64,000 nt of DNA from Thermoplasmatota archaeon (GCA_029762535.1 JARVGK010000012.1:15019-79018); one strand, 5' to 3'. Positions 31,740 to 42,397 are shown, counted from the stretch's first letter. Numbers and translations: made by a program. Notes: generated by a model not told the origin, from the letters alone.

Positions 31740-32785
31740 TGCCCCCGAGGGTAAGGATAGACCTCAAGGCTATAAGCGACAACGCCCGGATGTTGATGGA
31801 ACTGTGTTCCAAACGATCGATATCGATATCCGGCGTGACCAAGGCGAGCGCCGGAAGCATGGAAGTGGCTCAAGCGATGATCGATGGAGGGGTAAGGGAG
31901 ATCGCCGATTCACGCATCGCTAATCTGATGAGGTATTCAAAACTCGACGTTAAGAGGATGCTCTTGAGGCCCGTGACCCCGGAACAGGCCGGACCCGCAG
32001 TTGAGGCATGCGATACGAGCCTGAACACGGAACTGGAGACCATCAAGTCGTTGGGCAGAGAGGCCCTTCGAAGGGGTGTGGAGCATCGTGTGATCATCAT
32101 GGTGGACCTGGGTGATAGGCGCGAGGGTGTGATGCCCCGGGATGCTACGGCGATCTGCGAGGAGGCCTCGAGCATCGATGGGATCGATCTCAGGGGCATA
32201 GGGACGAACCTCGCATGTTTCGCGGGGATCATCCCGACCCCGGTGAAGATGGCCCAGCTGAGCCATATCGCCGAGATGGTGGAGGACAGGATCGGGCTCC
32301 CACTCGAGACAGTGTCCGGTGGAAACAGCGCCAATCTGGGAATGGTCCTGAAAGGATCGAACCATCACAGGGTCAATGATCTCAGATTGGGGGAATCCAT
32401 ACTCCTGGGCCTCGAGACCGTTAACAGGACTCCAGTGCCAGGTCTGAGAACGGACGCCTTCATCGTCTCGGGTGACCTCATCGAGGTCAAGGAGAAGCCC
32501 TCCAAACCCGATGGCGATGTCGGACAGGATGCTTTCGGGAACACCGTGGAGATAAAGGACGAAGGCATGCAGATAAAGGGGATAGTCAACCTGGGTCGGC
32601 AGGACGTGGACCCTTCCGACCTCGTACCTGTCGGTGACGTGAAGGTCCTTGGCGGGAGCAGCGATCACACTTTGCTGAGCTTGAGACGATCGCTGAAGGT
32701 GGGTTCGAGCATCGGTTTCATACCCGGGTACGGATCACTTCTGCGCTGTATGACATCGCCCTATGTGGAGAAGGTGTACGTATGA
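31736..32785 (+). CDS. Alanine/ornithine racemase-family PLP enzyme (Orr-like)
   Basis: GVTK (PLP Lys), ADSR, MVDLGDRREG, GTNLAC, VSGGNS, LRLGESILLG, GRQDVD, GGSSDH. Confidence 0.9.
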   Translation: MMPPRVRIDLKAISDNARMLMELCSKRSISISGVTKASAGSMEVAQAMIDGGVREIADSRIANLMRYSKLDVKRMLLRPVTPEQAGPAVEACDTSLNTELETIKSLGREALRRGVEHRVIIMVDLGDRREGVMPRDATAICEEASSIDGIDLRGIGTNLACFAGIIPTPVKMAQLSHIAEMVEDRIGLPLETVSGGNSANLGMVLKGSNHHRVNDLRLGESILLGLETVNRTPVPGLRTDAFIVSGDLIEVKEKPSKPDGDVGQDAFGNTVEIKDEGMQIKGIVNLGRQDVDPSDLVPVGDVKVLGGSSDHTLLSLRRSLKVGSSIGFIPGYGSLLRCMTSPYVEKVYV

Positions 32786-32931
32786 TGGATGATGAGAAGA
32801 TATGCCCCAAGTGCGGGAAAAGGAGTGCCCAGAGAAGGTTATTGAACAACAGGAAGTACATCATCGTCTGCTCCATTTGCGGATACTCATCCGATGAGCT
32901 TCCAGTATCCGGCGGAAAGGACGTGGTCTGA
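32782..32931 (+). CDS. Small CPxCG zinc-ribbon protein (49 aa, absent from the ORF track)
   Basis: MMDDEKICPKCGKRSAQRRLLNNRKYIIVCSICGYSSDELPVSGGKDVV; ATGA overlap with the racemase stop; GGAG/AGGTG upstream. Confidence 0.75.
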   Translation: MMDDEKICPKCGKRSAQRRLLNNRKYIIVCSICGYSSDELPVSGGKDVV

Positions 32932-33618
32932 TCAGAACAATATGAACAGGACCAGGATCCAGCATACGGCGCTGACGGCTGTGGAAGTTCCGAAATATAC
33001 TTTCCTGTCTATTTTCTGTATTTCCACGTGCAGGTTGTCGTATAGGGCGAACACCGGAACGGAGATCCCGCCGAGGAGGGCAGCATAGAAGGCCCTCCCG
33101 GCGATCAGGGGGAGAATGTTGACGACATCCATGATGACGAGCGTTGCCCCGGTGAAGACCGGGGTTAGTATCTGGGTCGTAACGTATCCTATCGAGAACA
33201 CCGTGAAACCGCTGATCACTCCCAGGGACGCGAGCGCCCGGACATCCTTCCTGCCCCAGAGGTTATCCATGAACACTTTTCGGCCGACGATCATTTCGAA
33301 GACCATGCCCTCGACAGCGATCGCTATCGCCGAGCATATCACGCAGGACCCTATGGGCGCGAAATATCTCATTATCGAGGCGACAAGAGCGACAAGGAAG
33401 ACCGCTCCCGTGAAGTTGAACATCCTCCTTGCAAGTATCATGAACCCAAGCCCGAACAGACCGGCCATGACCGCACCCATGGATATGTAAAGCCCGGAAA
33501 CGCTCCATTTGAGGCCTCCCAGAGTGCATTCGAGCAATCCCCAGATGGACCCCAGGAGGACAATCCCGGCAAGGACCATGGCACGATCGATGGCGGACCT
33601 GCTCACTTTCATGTTCAT
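32932..33618 (-). CDS. Membrane protein, ECF S-component-like
   Basis: About 6 TM helices in 228 aa; GSIWGLLE motif; translationally coupled to the lipoprotein gene. Confidence 0.6.
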   Translation of the reverse strand: MNMKVSRSAIDRAMVLAGIVLLGSIWGLLECTLGGLKWSVSGLYISMGAVMAGLFGLGFMILARRMFNFTGAVFLVALVASIMRYFAPIGSCVICSAIAIAVEGMVFEMIVGRKVFMDNLWGRKDVRALASLGVISGFTVFSIGYVTTQILTPVFTGATLVIMDVVNILPLIAGRAFYAALLGGISVPVFALYDNLHVEIQKIDRKVYFGTSTAVSAVCWILVLFILF

Positions 33619-34337
33619 ATCACCTCTATCTCCACGATGTCAGATATATGGAACTTCTTGGACAGATGAGGGAAGAAGCTTTTCCTACCTTCTTCGACGA
33701 GTATTCCCTGGGTCATGTCCTCCCAGCTCACTGTCCTGTTGTAACCGTCGCTGCCTATGATATTGTAAGTGTGTGAGGCCTGATCGTTGGCTATTGTCAG
33801 GTTGATGACCTGGGACAGGTAAACGCCTTCTATGTCGTTCTCGTCGGCGTCCTTTAGCGTGACGGTATCGTCGATCATGTGGAAGGGCTGCTTCCATGTG
33901 AAGAGGTGGTCGTTCACCAATATTGTGGGGACGCTGACGGTCTCGATCTCGACCACGTTCTTGACCCTATACTTACCCGGCAGCCCTGGGAACGCGGTCA
34001 TGGTATCCTCTTCCACAAGGACCCCCTTCATCATATCGTCCCAGGTGACGTCCTGATAATAATCGTCATCTGCTGTTATGCGATACTGATGGTCCCCGGG
34101 CGAAGCGAGCCCCGTGCTGTTAACGATATTGCTGAGAGGGACACCGGTATAATCTTTACCCCCCGTGTTAACGGTAATAGTCCCGTATCCCTCGAACATC
34201 TCATCGAGCGAGATCTCCTCGCCGTTGAAGAGTATGGTCGGCCCTTGTCCCTCTTCGCTTTCAAGGCATCCGGCCACGAGAACGGTCAAGAGGACCAAGG
34301 CCGCGGATGCCGCCAGATATATCTTTCCATCTTTCAT
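33615..34337 (-). CDS. Lipoprotein with two molybdopterin-oxidoreductase-like repeat domains
   Basis: Lipobox LVAGC; two repeats G(V)xLS...Y.I...D.Y...V.W.DM..G.LVEE....FP.L..K.....VEIE. Confidence 0.7.
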   Translation of the reverse strand: MKDGKIYLAASAALVLLTVLVAGCLESEEGQGPTILFNGEEISLDEMFEGYGTITVNTGGKDYTGVPLSNIVNSTGLASPGDHQYRITADDDYYQDVTWDDMMKGVLVEEDTMTAFPGLPGKYRVKNVVEIETVSVPTILVNDHLFTWKQPFHMIDDTVTLKDADENDIEGVYLSQVINLTIANDQASHTYNIIGSDGYNRTVSWEDMTQGILVEEGRKSFFPHLSKKFHISDIVEIEVI

Positions 34338-34338
34338 C

Positions 34339-34773
34339 TCATATCACCTCTATCTCCACTATATCCCTGACCCAGAAGGCCTTGGCCATACCTGGCAGCA
34401 CGACCTTCTTCTCCTCGATGACTATGAATCCGTTACCTATGTCCTCTCCGGGCACCTCCTTGCGGTACCCGTCGGCCCCTATGAACCTGAAGGACCTCGA
34501 ACCCACGTCCTTGACCCCGGCATCCTCGAGGAGGGCCACCAGTGAGATCCCGGTCCTGCCCTCGTGCTCGATCATGGGAAGATCTCTTTCGAGGGATCCC
34601 CAATCATACTCCTTATCGTTCACGATGAGCACATCGGTTTCCTCGGTGCTCATGGCGTTGTACACCAGAGCGCTGAACGATCCGATCAGAATTATCAGCG
34701 CAAGGACAGCAAGGATAAGATTGATCCTCGTTCCGAAGAAGCGTATCCTGCTCCCGTTTTCCTTCCCGAGCAT
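34339..34773 (-). CDS. Membrane-anchored protein with one copy of the same repeat domain
   Basis: N-terminal TM, then GISLVALL...FIGADGY...WVRDIVEIEVI. Confidence 0.7.
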   Translation of the reverse strand: MLGKENGSRIRFFGTRINLILAVLALIILIGSFSALVYNAMSTEETDVLIVNDKEYDWGSLERDLPMIEHEGRTGISLVALLEDAGVKDVGSRSFRFIGADGYRKEVPGEDIGNGFIVIEEKKVVLPGMAKAFWVRDIVEIEVI

Positions 34774-34944
34774 ATGCCCACCTCAGAGACCATCTGGCCG
34801 CTTCGGGATAGAGATTAATCGACTATAATCTTTACCATCGGCCTCTGTCAAAACCCACATCGATATCGGTCAGGGCTGCTCCCATCAGGTCATGTTTGGG
34901 GGCTGGAATCAGCAGGATAGATGACCATCCCTCCTGATTATCGT

Positions 34945-35664
34945 TCATTTTTCCCCATCATCTTCCCGTCGATCCCAAAGGGAACCATCGATGTCCCAAG
35001 AACTCTGGAGCAACATCAGTCCGGAGACCAGGTGGAAGTAAGGGGCGATCAGAAAGACCGCGATCACGATCGTTTCCTCCTCCATGATCAGCAGGCAGAA
35101 AGAGAGGAAATAGAGTATCATCAGGTTCAGACCTATACCTATCCACAGACCCACACCTCTCCTGATGAACTGCAGCTGCAGTCCGATCCCGAGAAGGAAC
35201 AGGGCGGGACCCATCATCGTAACCAGAAAGATATGTTCCGAATCCAGATGGTATGTCATGAATGGGCCCGAGATGAGTATCAAAGCTCCCGCATAAGAGA
35301 TCCATCTCGCGATGCGGAAATGCCATCTATCGATCTCTCCCAAGGCATGCGTCAGCTCGTGCATCTTGAAGAGAATGAATACCGATACCCCCATCAGGCA
35401 CAGTATCATAACGACAAGTGTGATACCCATGAGCGGGTAAAGGCCCGATAGCATCATGGGATACAGCGATATATCCAGAAGGACGATCGTTTCGATAAGG
35501 ACCAATATCCCAAGGGCCAGCGTGAATACGATAAGTCCGCGATAGAGGATCCTGGACACTTTATGTGGAGGGCGGCTTACTTCTGTGATCCCGGGATCGG
35601 ATATGCCCATGACCTTGGAGAGATCGTAGGATGACGAGTCCAAATGAACACCTCTTCCATCCAT
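34945..35664 (-). CDS. Hypothetical membrane protein
   Basis: About 6 hydrophobic helices. Confidence 0.6.
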   Translation of the reverse strand: MDGRGVHLDSSSYDLSKVMGISDPGITEVSRPPHKVSRILYRGLIVFTLALGILVLIETIVLLDISLYPMMLSGLYPLMGITLVVMILCLMGVSVFILFKMHELTHALGEIDRWHFRIARWISYAGALILISGPFMTYHLDSEHIFLVTMMGPALFLLGIGLQLQFIRRGVGLWIGIGLNLMILYFLSFCLLIMEEETIVIAVFLIAPYFHLVSGLMLLQSSWDIDGSLWDRREDDGEK

Positions 35665-35806
35665 CTTTCGAGCCCACGGCCCCGACCATGGGGACGACCA
35701 TCCGAAGGACCATAAGGATCCTTTTCAAGGACGCGAACACATCATCCCATAACGTGCTATAAATAATCTACCAGTGCCTGGATCCCTATATGCTGGAGGA
35801 TCCCCC

Positions 35807-37306
35807 TCATCGGGATCGATATTTACCCTGCCCGGACCTCTTCTTTCGTCCGTTGGGATGGGTTCGATGTGAATTGAAGCTGTTCGATCTTTCATTCTTT
35901 CCCGGGCGGGCCCGATCCCCTCTTGGAGCATCGCGTTCGAATGCTGGTTTGGAACTTTTATTGAAAGTGTGCCTATTCTCCTGTCTTTCGGAGTGTGTCC
36001 TGTTCCTGTGGGGGGTGTCGAACACGATATCCTCCTTTATGCTCGCACCGAAGGACTGCCTCAGAAGCGCTGATACAAGGTCCTCGGCGGATCCCTGACT
36101 CAGGAGATCCCTGGCCAGGAGCCTGAATTCATCGTCTATGTCTCCGGAGCGGATCCCGTCCCTGATGGAGTTGATGCGTTTCTCCATTATCTCCTTCTTG
36201 CCGGGGACATTGACCCTCCTGATGTCGGATCCTATGAACCTGACGATGGCACCGAGCTTCCTGTTCTCGGACGGGGTCACGAAGGTTATTGCAACCCCTT
36301 TGCTGCCGGCCCTGCCGGTCCTCCCTATCCTGTGAACGTAGGATTCGGGGTTCTGGGGCATGGAATGGTTCACGACATGGGTCAGATCCTTGACATCGAT
36401 GCCCCGGGCGGCCACATCCGTCGCGATCAATACCAGGACCTGCCTGTCCCTGAACCTGGCCAGTATCCTCTCCCTTGTGGGCTGGGCTATGTCCCCATGT
36501 AGACCTTCCGCTTTGTAACCCCTATCCTTGAGCCGGGCGGAGAGCGTATCCACATCCGCTCGGGTCTTGCAGAATACGATACCGTAGAAATCCTTCTCCA
36601 GGTCCAGGATACGTGAGAGAGCCTCCTCCCTCTGCTCCGCCCGGACCTCATAATAAATCTGCTCGGTCAGATCGGTGGTCATATCCTTTTCTGACCTGAT
36701 ATATGCGCTCTCGCCCATGTATCTCGAGGCCAGCTTCTTGATCCTGTTGGGCATCGTCGCCGAGAAAAGCAGGGTTCTCTTTCTCTTGGGGGTATGACCT
36801 ATGATGGTCTCTATGTCCTCTATGAACCCCATATTGAGCATCTCATCGGCCTCGTCGAGGATGAGGAACTCCATACCTTCGAGAGTAAGCCTGCCACGTC
36901 GAATATGATCGAGGATCCTCCCAGGGGTCCCCACAACGATGGAGGGCCCCGCCTTGAGGCCCCTGAGCTGGATCGAATAGGGGCTCCCTCCGTATATCGG
37001 AAGCACATCTATCGGAGCCTCCCCCTTGAGAGAATCGATCTCGGCGCATATCTGAAGGACCAGCTCCCTGGTGGGGGCGAGTATCAATGCCTGGACATGG
37101 CCGCACGGGAAGAGTTTCTCTATAAGCGGCAGGGCGAAGGCCGCGGTCTTGCCCGTTCCGGTCTGGGCCTGGGCGATGATGTCCACTTCGTTCTTCATAA
37201 GTAGAGGGATCGCCATGGATTGGATCTCCGTGGGTTCCAGGAAACCCTTCTTTCTGAGCGTCAGAAGGTTCGCCTCCGACAGGCCCAGTTCTCTGAAATC
37301 TTTCAT
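35807..37306 (-). CDS. DEAD-box RNA helicase (DeaD/CshA-like)
   Basis: Q motif PTEIQ, AQTGTGKT, PTREL, TPGR, DEAD, SAT, ARGID, HRIGRTGRAG; basic C-terminal tail. Confidence 0.95.
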   Translation of the reverse strand: MKDFRELGLSEANLLTLRKKGFLEPTEIQSMAIPLLMKNEVDIIAQAQTGTGKTAAFALPLIEKLFPCGHVQALILAPTRELVLQICAEIDSLKGEAPIDVLPIYGGSPYSIQLRGLKAGPSIVVGTPGRILDHIRRGRLTLEGMEFLILDEADEMLNMGFIEDIETIIGHTPKRKRTLLFSATMPNRIKKLASRYMGESAYIRSEKDMTTDLTEQIYYEVRAEQREEALSRILDLEKDFYGIVFCKTRADVDTLSARLKDRGYKAEGLHGDIAQPTRERILARFRDRQVLVLIATDVAARGIDVKDLTHVVNHSMPQNPESYVHRIGRTGRAGSKGVAITFVTPSENRKLGAIVRFIGSDIRRVNVPGKKEIMEKRINSIRDGIRSGDIDDEFRLLARDLLSQGSAEDLVSALLRQSFGASIKEDIVFDTPHRNRTHSERQENRHTFNKSSKPAFERDAPRGDRARPGKNERSNSFNSHRTHPNGRKKRSGQGKYRSR

Positions 37307-37649
37307 TACGAGGCCGGCCCACACAGGATGGTGTATTTATACTTGTCCTAGTTATCGGACATCAGAACTTTCCTGGGTCCCACGCTCGGGTCTTGACGAT
37401 CTCGCTTTCCTTCAAATGATCCTCGCCCCTCTTGTAGCCTACGATCCGCGGGATATATCGTTGCTCACAGGTATGAAGGACGATCTCTGCAGATTCATGA
37501 CAGCCCCTCAATGATGCTTCCAAGAGTTCTTTGCTTTTCGTGGTTAAAATTTTTCAATGAACATAAATAATTAAAATTTATAACGTTAATATTTATATAT
37601 TATATTTGGTCGATATAACATCACAGGACGTGAAAAGGAGGAAAAAAAT

Positions 37650-38247
37650 ATGACATAACGGAACAGGACGGAAGTAGTGTTCATCATCGACCGTTCCGGA
37701 TCGATGGAGATGATAAAGGACGACGCCATCGGCGGGTTCAACAATTTTCTCGAGGAGCAGAGGAAGCTTCCCGGGGAGGCGACCGTCACGCTCGTGATGT
37801 TCGATCACGAGTACGAGATCTCATACCAGAGCGTCGATCTCTTGAAGGTCGAACCTTTGACGGAGAGAACATATGTCCCCCGGGGGAACGACCGCGCTCC
37901 TCGACGCGGTGGGAAGGACGATAAACGATGTGGAGGCCAGGATGGCCAAGGCGGAGGATCGACCCGACAAGGTCATGATCTGCATCCTCACCGACGGGAT
38001 GGAGAACGCATCCAGGGAGTTCAGTAAGGACAGGATAAAGGAGATGATCGAGGGCAAAAGGAAGGACCAGGGTTGGGAGTTCGCCTTCCTCGCCGCCAAC
38101 CAGGATGCTTTCCAGGAAGGAGGAAACATGGGGATCGCCCTGAACATGATAGCGAAATTCGACGCGACGAAGGAGGGCACCAAAGGTGCCTTCCATCACA
38201 TGAACGTGCTCACAACGGATTACCGGACCAAGGATAGGTCCAGGTGA
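37650..38247 (+). pseudogene. vWA-domain protein disrupted by a stop at codon 3 and a +1 frameshift
   Basis: AGGAGG RBS then ATG ACA TAA in frame with TEVVFIIDRSGSM; the frame shifts at YVPRG (extra G in the run near 37882-37886) into TTALLDAVG...ILTDGMENAS. Confidence 0.8.
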
Positions 38248-38468
38248 GAAACGCTTCTTCATTTGTTGGATCAATCGCATCGAGATGTGATCCCAATACC
38301 TGTTTGTTCTTTTTTTCTCTACATAAAATGTATTCTCATGATGGATTTCGATCCTCCAAAGGGTGGGCCCCTCCCAGAAGAGGATCCCCTCGGACACGAA
38401 TCCCCTGAACATATTCAATCCGACCTTGATCGGATTGAAACAATTATTTAGTTGGATGCATATACGGA

Positions 38469-40607
38469 ATGGGGATAATCATGAGGGCCGGATGTTTGGT
38501 CACAGCAGTATCTTTGATGGTTCTGACAATGATGCCTATGGTCTCAGCCGACAATGACCCTTTGAAGGTCGTGCTTACCATAGAGGAGGAAGAGTTCGCC
38601 ATAAACTCGACCATTCATTTCAAGGTCCATGTCTTTTACAGGGGAGAACCGGAGGACCCGGACGAACCTCCATGGGTCAGGTTCGGCTCTATGGGACGCA
38701 ACAACATATCCGTCACCAGGATGGGAAAAGGCATCTATTCGGGCGAGGCCAAATTGATCCCCGAACTGGTCGGTGGTGATGAGTTAGTGACGCTCTGGGC
38801 TTCAGCAACAAAGGGAAAGGAAGGGGCGGAGGATAAGGTCTATGACATGAATGCGGACCCTGTCACACTTCTGGTTATGGGTATTGGTGTGAACGTCGAA
38901 TGCGAGATAGTATCCCTATCTGACAGCGTGGTCAAGGTAGGGACCAAGGCGGTCTTCAGGGCAAGGGTGATGAAGCACGGGGTTCTGTTCGATCCCGACA
39001 GCTTCGTTTTCACCCTTTTTTACAAGAACTCATCAAGGAAAAACGTCGAGGTCGAAATGCCCCATGAGAAGATATCCGTGGGAAGATACGAGACCACATT
39101 GACGGTCCCTGATGCAGGAAGTGACACGGTATTCACGGTCACAGGAGAGGCGAGGGATAACTACCAGGATTTTAGCGGGTCTGCCTCCATCTTCTATGAC
39201 CCTTTGACCGTCATCTACCACATGGTGGACAGGAAGGTGTTCGATGAGGTATCCTCCCAGTATCTGACCCGGTTCGACCTGTATGTGGGGGATGGGAACG
39301 GCGAGGTCGTCGAGGGTGCCAGGTTCGATCTCGAATACTATCCCAACTCCAACATGTACGATGCAAAGTATCTGGAGGACATAGAACCTACGGGACCTGA
39401 CGGCAGAACAAGGGTCGAGATCCCGCTGACCGATCGCATCAGGGATATCTTCGTCAAAGGAAAGGTCAAAAGCGGTGGAACGATCCAATCATTGGGAGGG
39501 ACGATATTCATCAAGGTACCGACACCTTCTACCGGGACCGGAGGCTACATCGAACCGGATGAGAGGCCTGAACCGAGAGGGGGGTATCATTCATTCTGCG
39601 CCCAGCACTCATCAGGTAGTGGCGGACAGACGTATGGATCCGGAGAGAAGGTCACAAGGAAGCTATGGGTATACAATGATTCCATCCCCTGGGCAAACAA
39701 GGAGGTCTATGTCTATATACTATCAGGAACGAACCCTGACTACACCTATAGCTGGATGTATCTCAGAAAAAGTGTGGAAGCGAGGAAGATGATGACCGAT
39801 GGAAGCGGCAGGCTGAACATAACCGTTCAGACGGAAAAAGATAAGGATGTCGATCACAGGATCCATATAGTCAGTGCAACTGGAAGCCATCCGACCCTGG
39901 AGCAGCGCTTCAACCATGAGAGCAACGACGGTCTGTACTACAATAAGGCGGAGGACTATTTCTACACAAGAAAGGAGGGTAGCTCTCCAATGACCGGGGT
40001 CGAGATAGGTGATGTGAAGGCCGGGGAGACCGTCCGGATAACCTACCCCGCCGAAGATGGCGATCCCGACATCGCCGTTGCCCAATGGTTCGTCAATGTC
40101 TATGCCGAAAAGGAGGAGTACGGTGAATGGAGCGTCTGGGCTGGTCCATATTCGTACCTGACCAAAAAGGATGGAAAGTTCGAAGGTAGCTTCATGGTGC
40201 CGTCATTCATGCCCTCCGATATGGATTATCTTGTCAGAACGGAGGTTCTAACCGGGAAGGAGCCGCGGTCGGCCTATTCGATCCCTGTTGGCGGCAAGGG
40301 GGTGGATGACGACCCAAATAACGGGAGATCTCCGTTATGCTACATATGCTGCGGTGCGGCGATCCTGATCATCCTGGTGATAGCCGTTGTAGTCGCCATC
40401 ATGGTGATCTCGAAGAAGAGGAACAACGACGAGGAACCGCGGACCTCTGAGGTTGAAATGAAGGATCACATAACAGCAGGTGACGGGATCGGAATGGAGG
40501 GAGGGAAGGAGAATGATCCCCACCCGAAAGTGGATGACGCAAATGATCAAGATAAAGATCAGGAAGATAGGGTGGATGATGTTTTGAATAAAGAGATCGA
40601 AGAGTGA
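38469..40607 (+). CDS. Secreted surface protein with a C-terminal TM anchor
   Basis: Signal peptide, beta-rich domains, PLCYICC-TM-KKR and an acidic tail ending EIEE. Confidence 0.8.
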   Translation: MGIIMRAGCLVTAVSLMVLTMMPMVSADNDPLKVVLTIEEEEFAINSTIHFKVHVFYRGEPEDPDEPPWVRFGSMGRNNISVTRMGKGIYSGEAKLIPELVGGDELVTLWASATKGKEGAEDKVYDMNADPVTLLVMGIGVNVECEIVSLSDSVVKVGTKAVFRARVMKHGVLFDPDSFVFTLFYKNSSRKNVEVEMPHEKISVGRYETTLTVPDAGSDTVFTVTGEARDNYQDFSGSASIFYDPLTVIYHMVDRKVFDEVSSQYLTRFDLYVGDGNGEVVEGARFDLEYYPNSNMYDAKYLEDIEPTGPDGRTRVEIPLTDRIRDIFVKGKVKSGGTIQSLGGTIFIKVPTPSTGTGGYIEPDERPEPRGGYHSFCAQHSSGSGGQTYGSGEKVTRKLWVYNDSIPWANKEVYVYILSGTNPDYTYSWMYLRKSVEARKMMTDGSGRLNITVQTEKDKDVDHRIHIVSATGSHPTLEQRFNHESNDGLYYNKAEDYFYTRKEGSSPMTGVEIGDVKAGETVRITYPAEDGDPDIAVAQWFVNVYAEKEEYGEWSVWAGPYSYLTKKDGKFEGSFMVPSFMPSDMDYLVRTEVLTGKEPRSAYSIPVGGKGVDDDPNNGRSPLCYICCGAAILIILVIAVVVAIMVISKKRNNDEEPRTSEVEMKDHITAGDGIGMEGGKENDPHPKVDDANDQDKDQEDRVDDVLNKEIEE

Positions 40608-40865
40608 ATTGGGATAAGGTCAAACTCTGAAAATCAATGATGTTATGGATCGACGATGTTCATCATTCCAATATTCGATCGCCAAATACGCCTTACTCAG
40701 GGGATCTCCCTTATTTCAAGGAGAAGCCCCCATATCGTTGTGGGGATCCCTCCCCGCAGAGGAACGATGACCAGAACTTTAATATGTAGGTCCAATTGGT
40801 TAAATTATCAGATTAACGCAAATGAAAACCACATAAATATATACTATAATGATTATTCCGTTTGC

Positions 40866-42221
40866 ATGAACAAGGAAGAGCTCTTCATTCATCTCAAAAC
40901 GAACAACTATTGGTGGTCGGGAACGCCCGTCAAGGATGAGGACAAAGGGATTTCTCGCGAATACATAGGCAACATAGAGAGGGGGTTCGAACTGGACAGG
41001 ATCGTTTGCATATCGGGTATAAGGAGGTCGGGAAAGACGACCATATCCTACCAGTATATCGATCATCTCATCAAAAAGGGGATCGATCCTGAACGTATAG
41101 TCCATGTCAAGGTCGATCTCGTTTCAAGGTACATCGACGACCTCAGGCAGATAATCTCGGCATATACGGAGCTCACGGGAGTGGATCCCCGAACAGAGGA
41201 GGTCCATCTTATCCTTGATGAGGTCCAGACGATGGAGGATTGGCAGGTCCAGGTCAAGGAGTTCATCGATATGCGTATGAAATTGAAGACCATCGTCCTC
41301 GGTTCCTCGGTGACCTTGATGTACCTGAACGCCTCCGAGAGCCTTGCAGGCCGTATAACCTTCATCAACGTCAAACCGCTCTCCTTCCGTGAGTTCCTGA
41401 CATTCGAGGGTCTTTTAATACCCCAGACAGACGATATGGTATCACTTTACAATATCCTTTTGACCGATAGGGAAAGGATACTCTATCATTTCAACGAGTA
41501 CGTAAAGGCCGGAGGTTTTCCGGAATGGTTCAGGGTCAAGGACACGGAAAGGTGGTACCGGGTCCTATTCGATGAATACCTGAACCTGATACTTATGAAG
41601 GATATCGTCAGGGTCTTCAAGGTCAAGGACCCAAGACTGCTCGAGAACCTGGTCAGGGAGATCGCCCTCCTATCCTGCGAACGATTCTCGTACAAGGGAC
41701 TCGCTGACAGGCTAGATGCCGACCGTGAGACATTGAAGCTCTATCTTTACTATCTAAGATCGGCTGGCCTTGTTCACGTGATGCAGATATACTCGAAAAA
41801 GAAGATATCCCGGGAGAGGACCGAGAAGAAGATCGCATTCTTCGACGAGGGCATGAGAAGGGCTCTCACTCTGGATTTCGAAAGCCTCAGGTTCACCGAG
41901 ACGCTGGTGAACGCCCACCTGATCTCGATAGGAAAAGGATCCACGCATCTATTCGAGCCTTATTATTGGAAGAACGACTGCGAGGTGGATTTCATATACG
42001 ATGACGGGAAACATCTTGTCCCGGTAGAGGTCAAGTATCGCAAAGATCCCACCGATACCAAAGGTATCGTCGAGTTCATGGAAGATCTCGACTGCAAGAG
42101 GGGTATCGTGGTTACGAAGGACCTATTTGGATCGGACGATGTGGGATTGTCGAGGACCGTGGATTACGTACCTCTGTGGTTCTTCCTGTTGTGCGACGGC
42201 AAGATGTTGGGACTATTGTGA
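40866..42221 (+). CDS. AAA_14 ATPase with C-terminal DUF4143 (PD-(D/E)xK-like)
   Basis: GIRRSGKT, ILDEVQ, LGSS, ESLAGR, PLSFREF, GGFPE, EVDF...PVEVK; start MNKEEL at 40866. Confidence 0.9.
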   Translation: MNKEELFIHLKTNNYWWSGTPVKDEDKGISREYIGNIERGFELDRIVCISGIRRSGKTTISYQYIDHLIKKGIDPERIVHVKVDLVSRYIDDLRQIISAYTELTGVDPRTEEVHLILDEVQTMEDWQVQVKEFIDMRMKLKTIVLGSSVTLMYLNASESLAGRITFINVKPLSFREFLTFEGLLIPQTDDMVSLYNILLTDRERILYHFNEYVKAGGFPEWFRVKDTERWYRVLFDEYLNLILMKDIVRVFKVKDPRLLENLVREIALLSCERFSYKGLADRLDADRETLKLYLYYLRSAGLVHVMQIYSKKKISRERTEKKIAFFDEGMRRALTLDFESLRFTETLVNAHLISIGKGSTHLFEPYYWKNDCEVDFIYDDGKHLVPVEVKYRKDPTDTKGIVEFMEDLDCKRGIVVTKDLFGSDDVGLSRTVDYVPLWFFLLCDGKMLGLL

Positions 42222-42397
42222 TCATAGTTCTGGTTCAGGATTATGGATATTATATTTCCAGGAGGAGCATCCATATCTTTTGGGGCGGGGAGGGGATCCC
42301 TTGGGTATCGAGGCGATACTACATCCCCAAGAGGTTGAAAAAATTATAAATAGTAACATTTCTATCAACTTATGTAAGATTACAAAGGTTGACACAT

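Noticed and set aside
34780-34930. Riboswitch upstream of the S-component-like operon
   Set aside because: No TPP, FMN, cobalamin or Moco consensus could be recognised by eye.
37365-37530. Small minus-strand ORF upstream of the DEAD-box helicase
   Set aside because: Only about 50 aa with a TTG start and no motif; support is insufficient.
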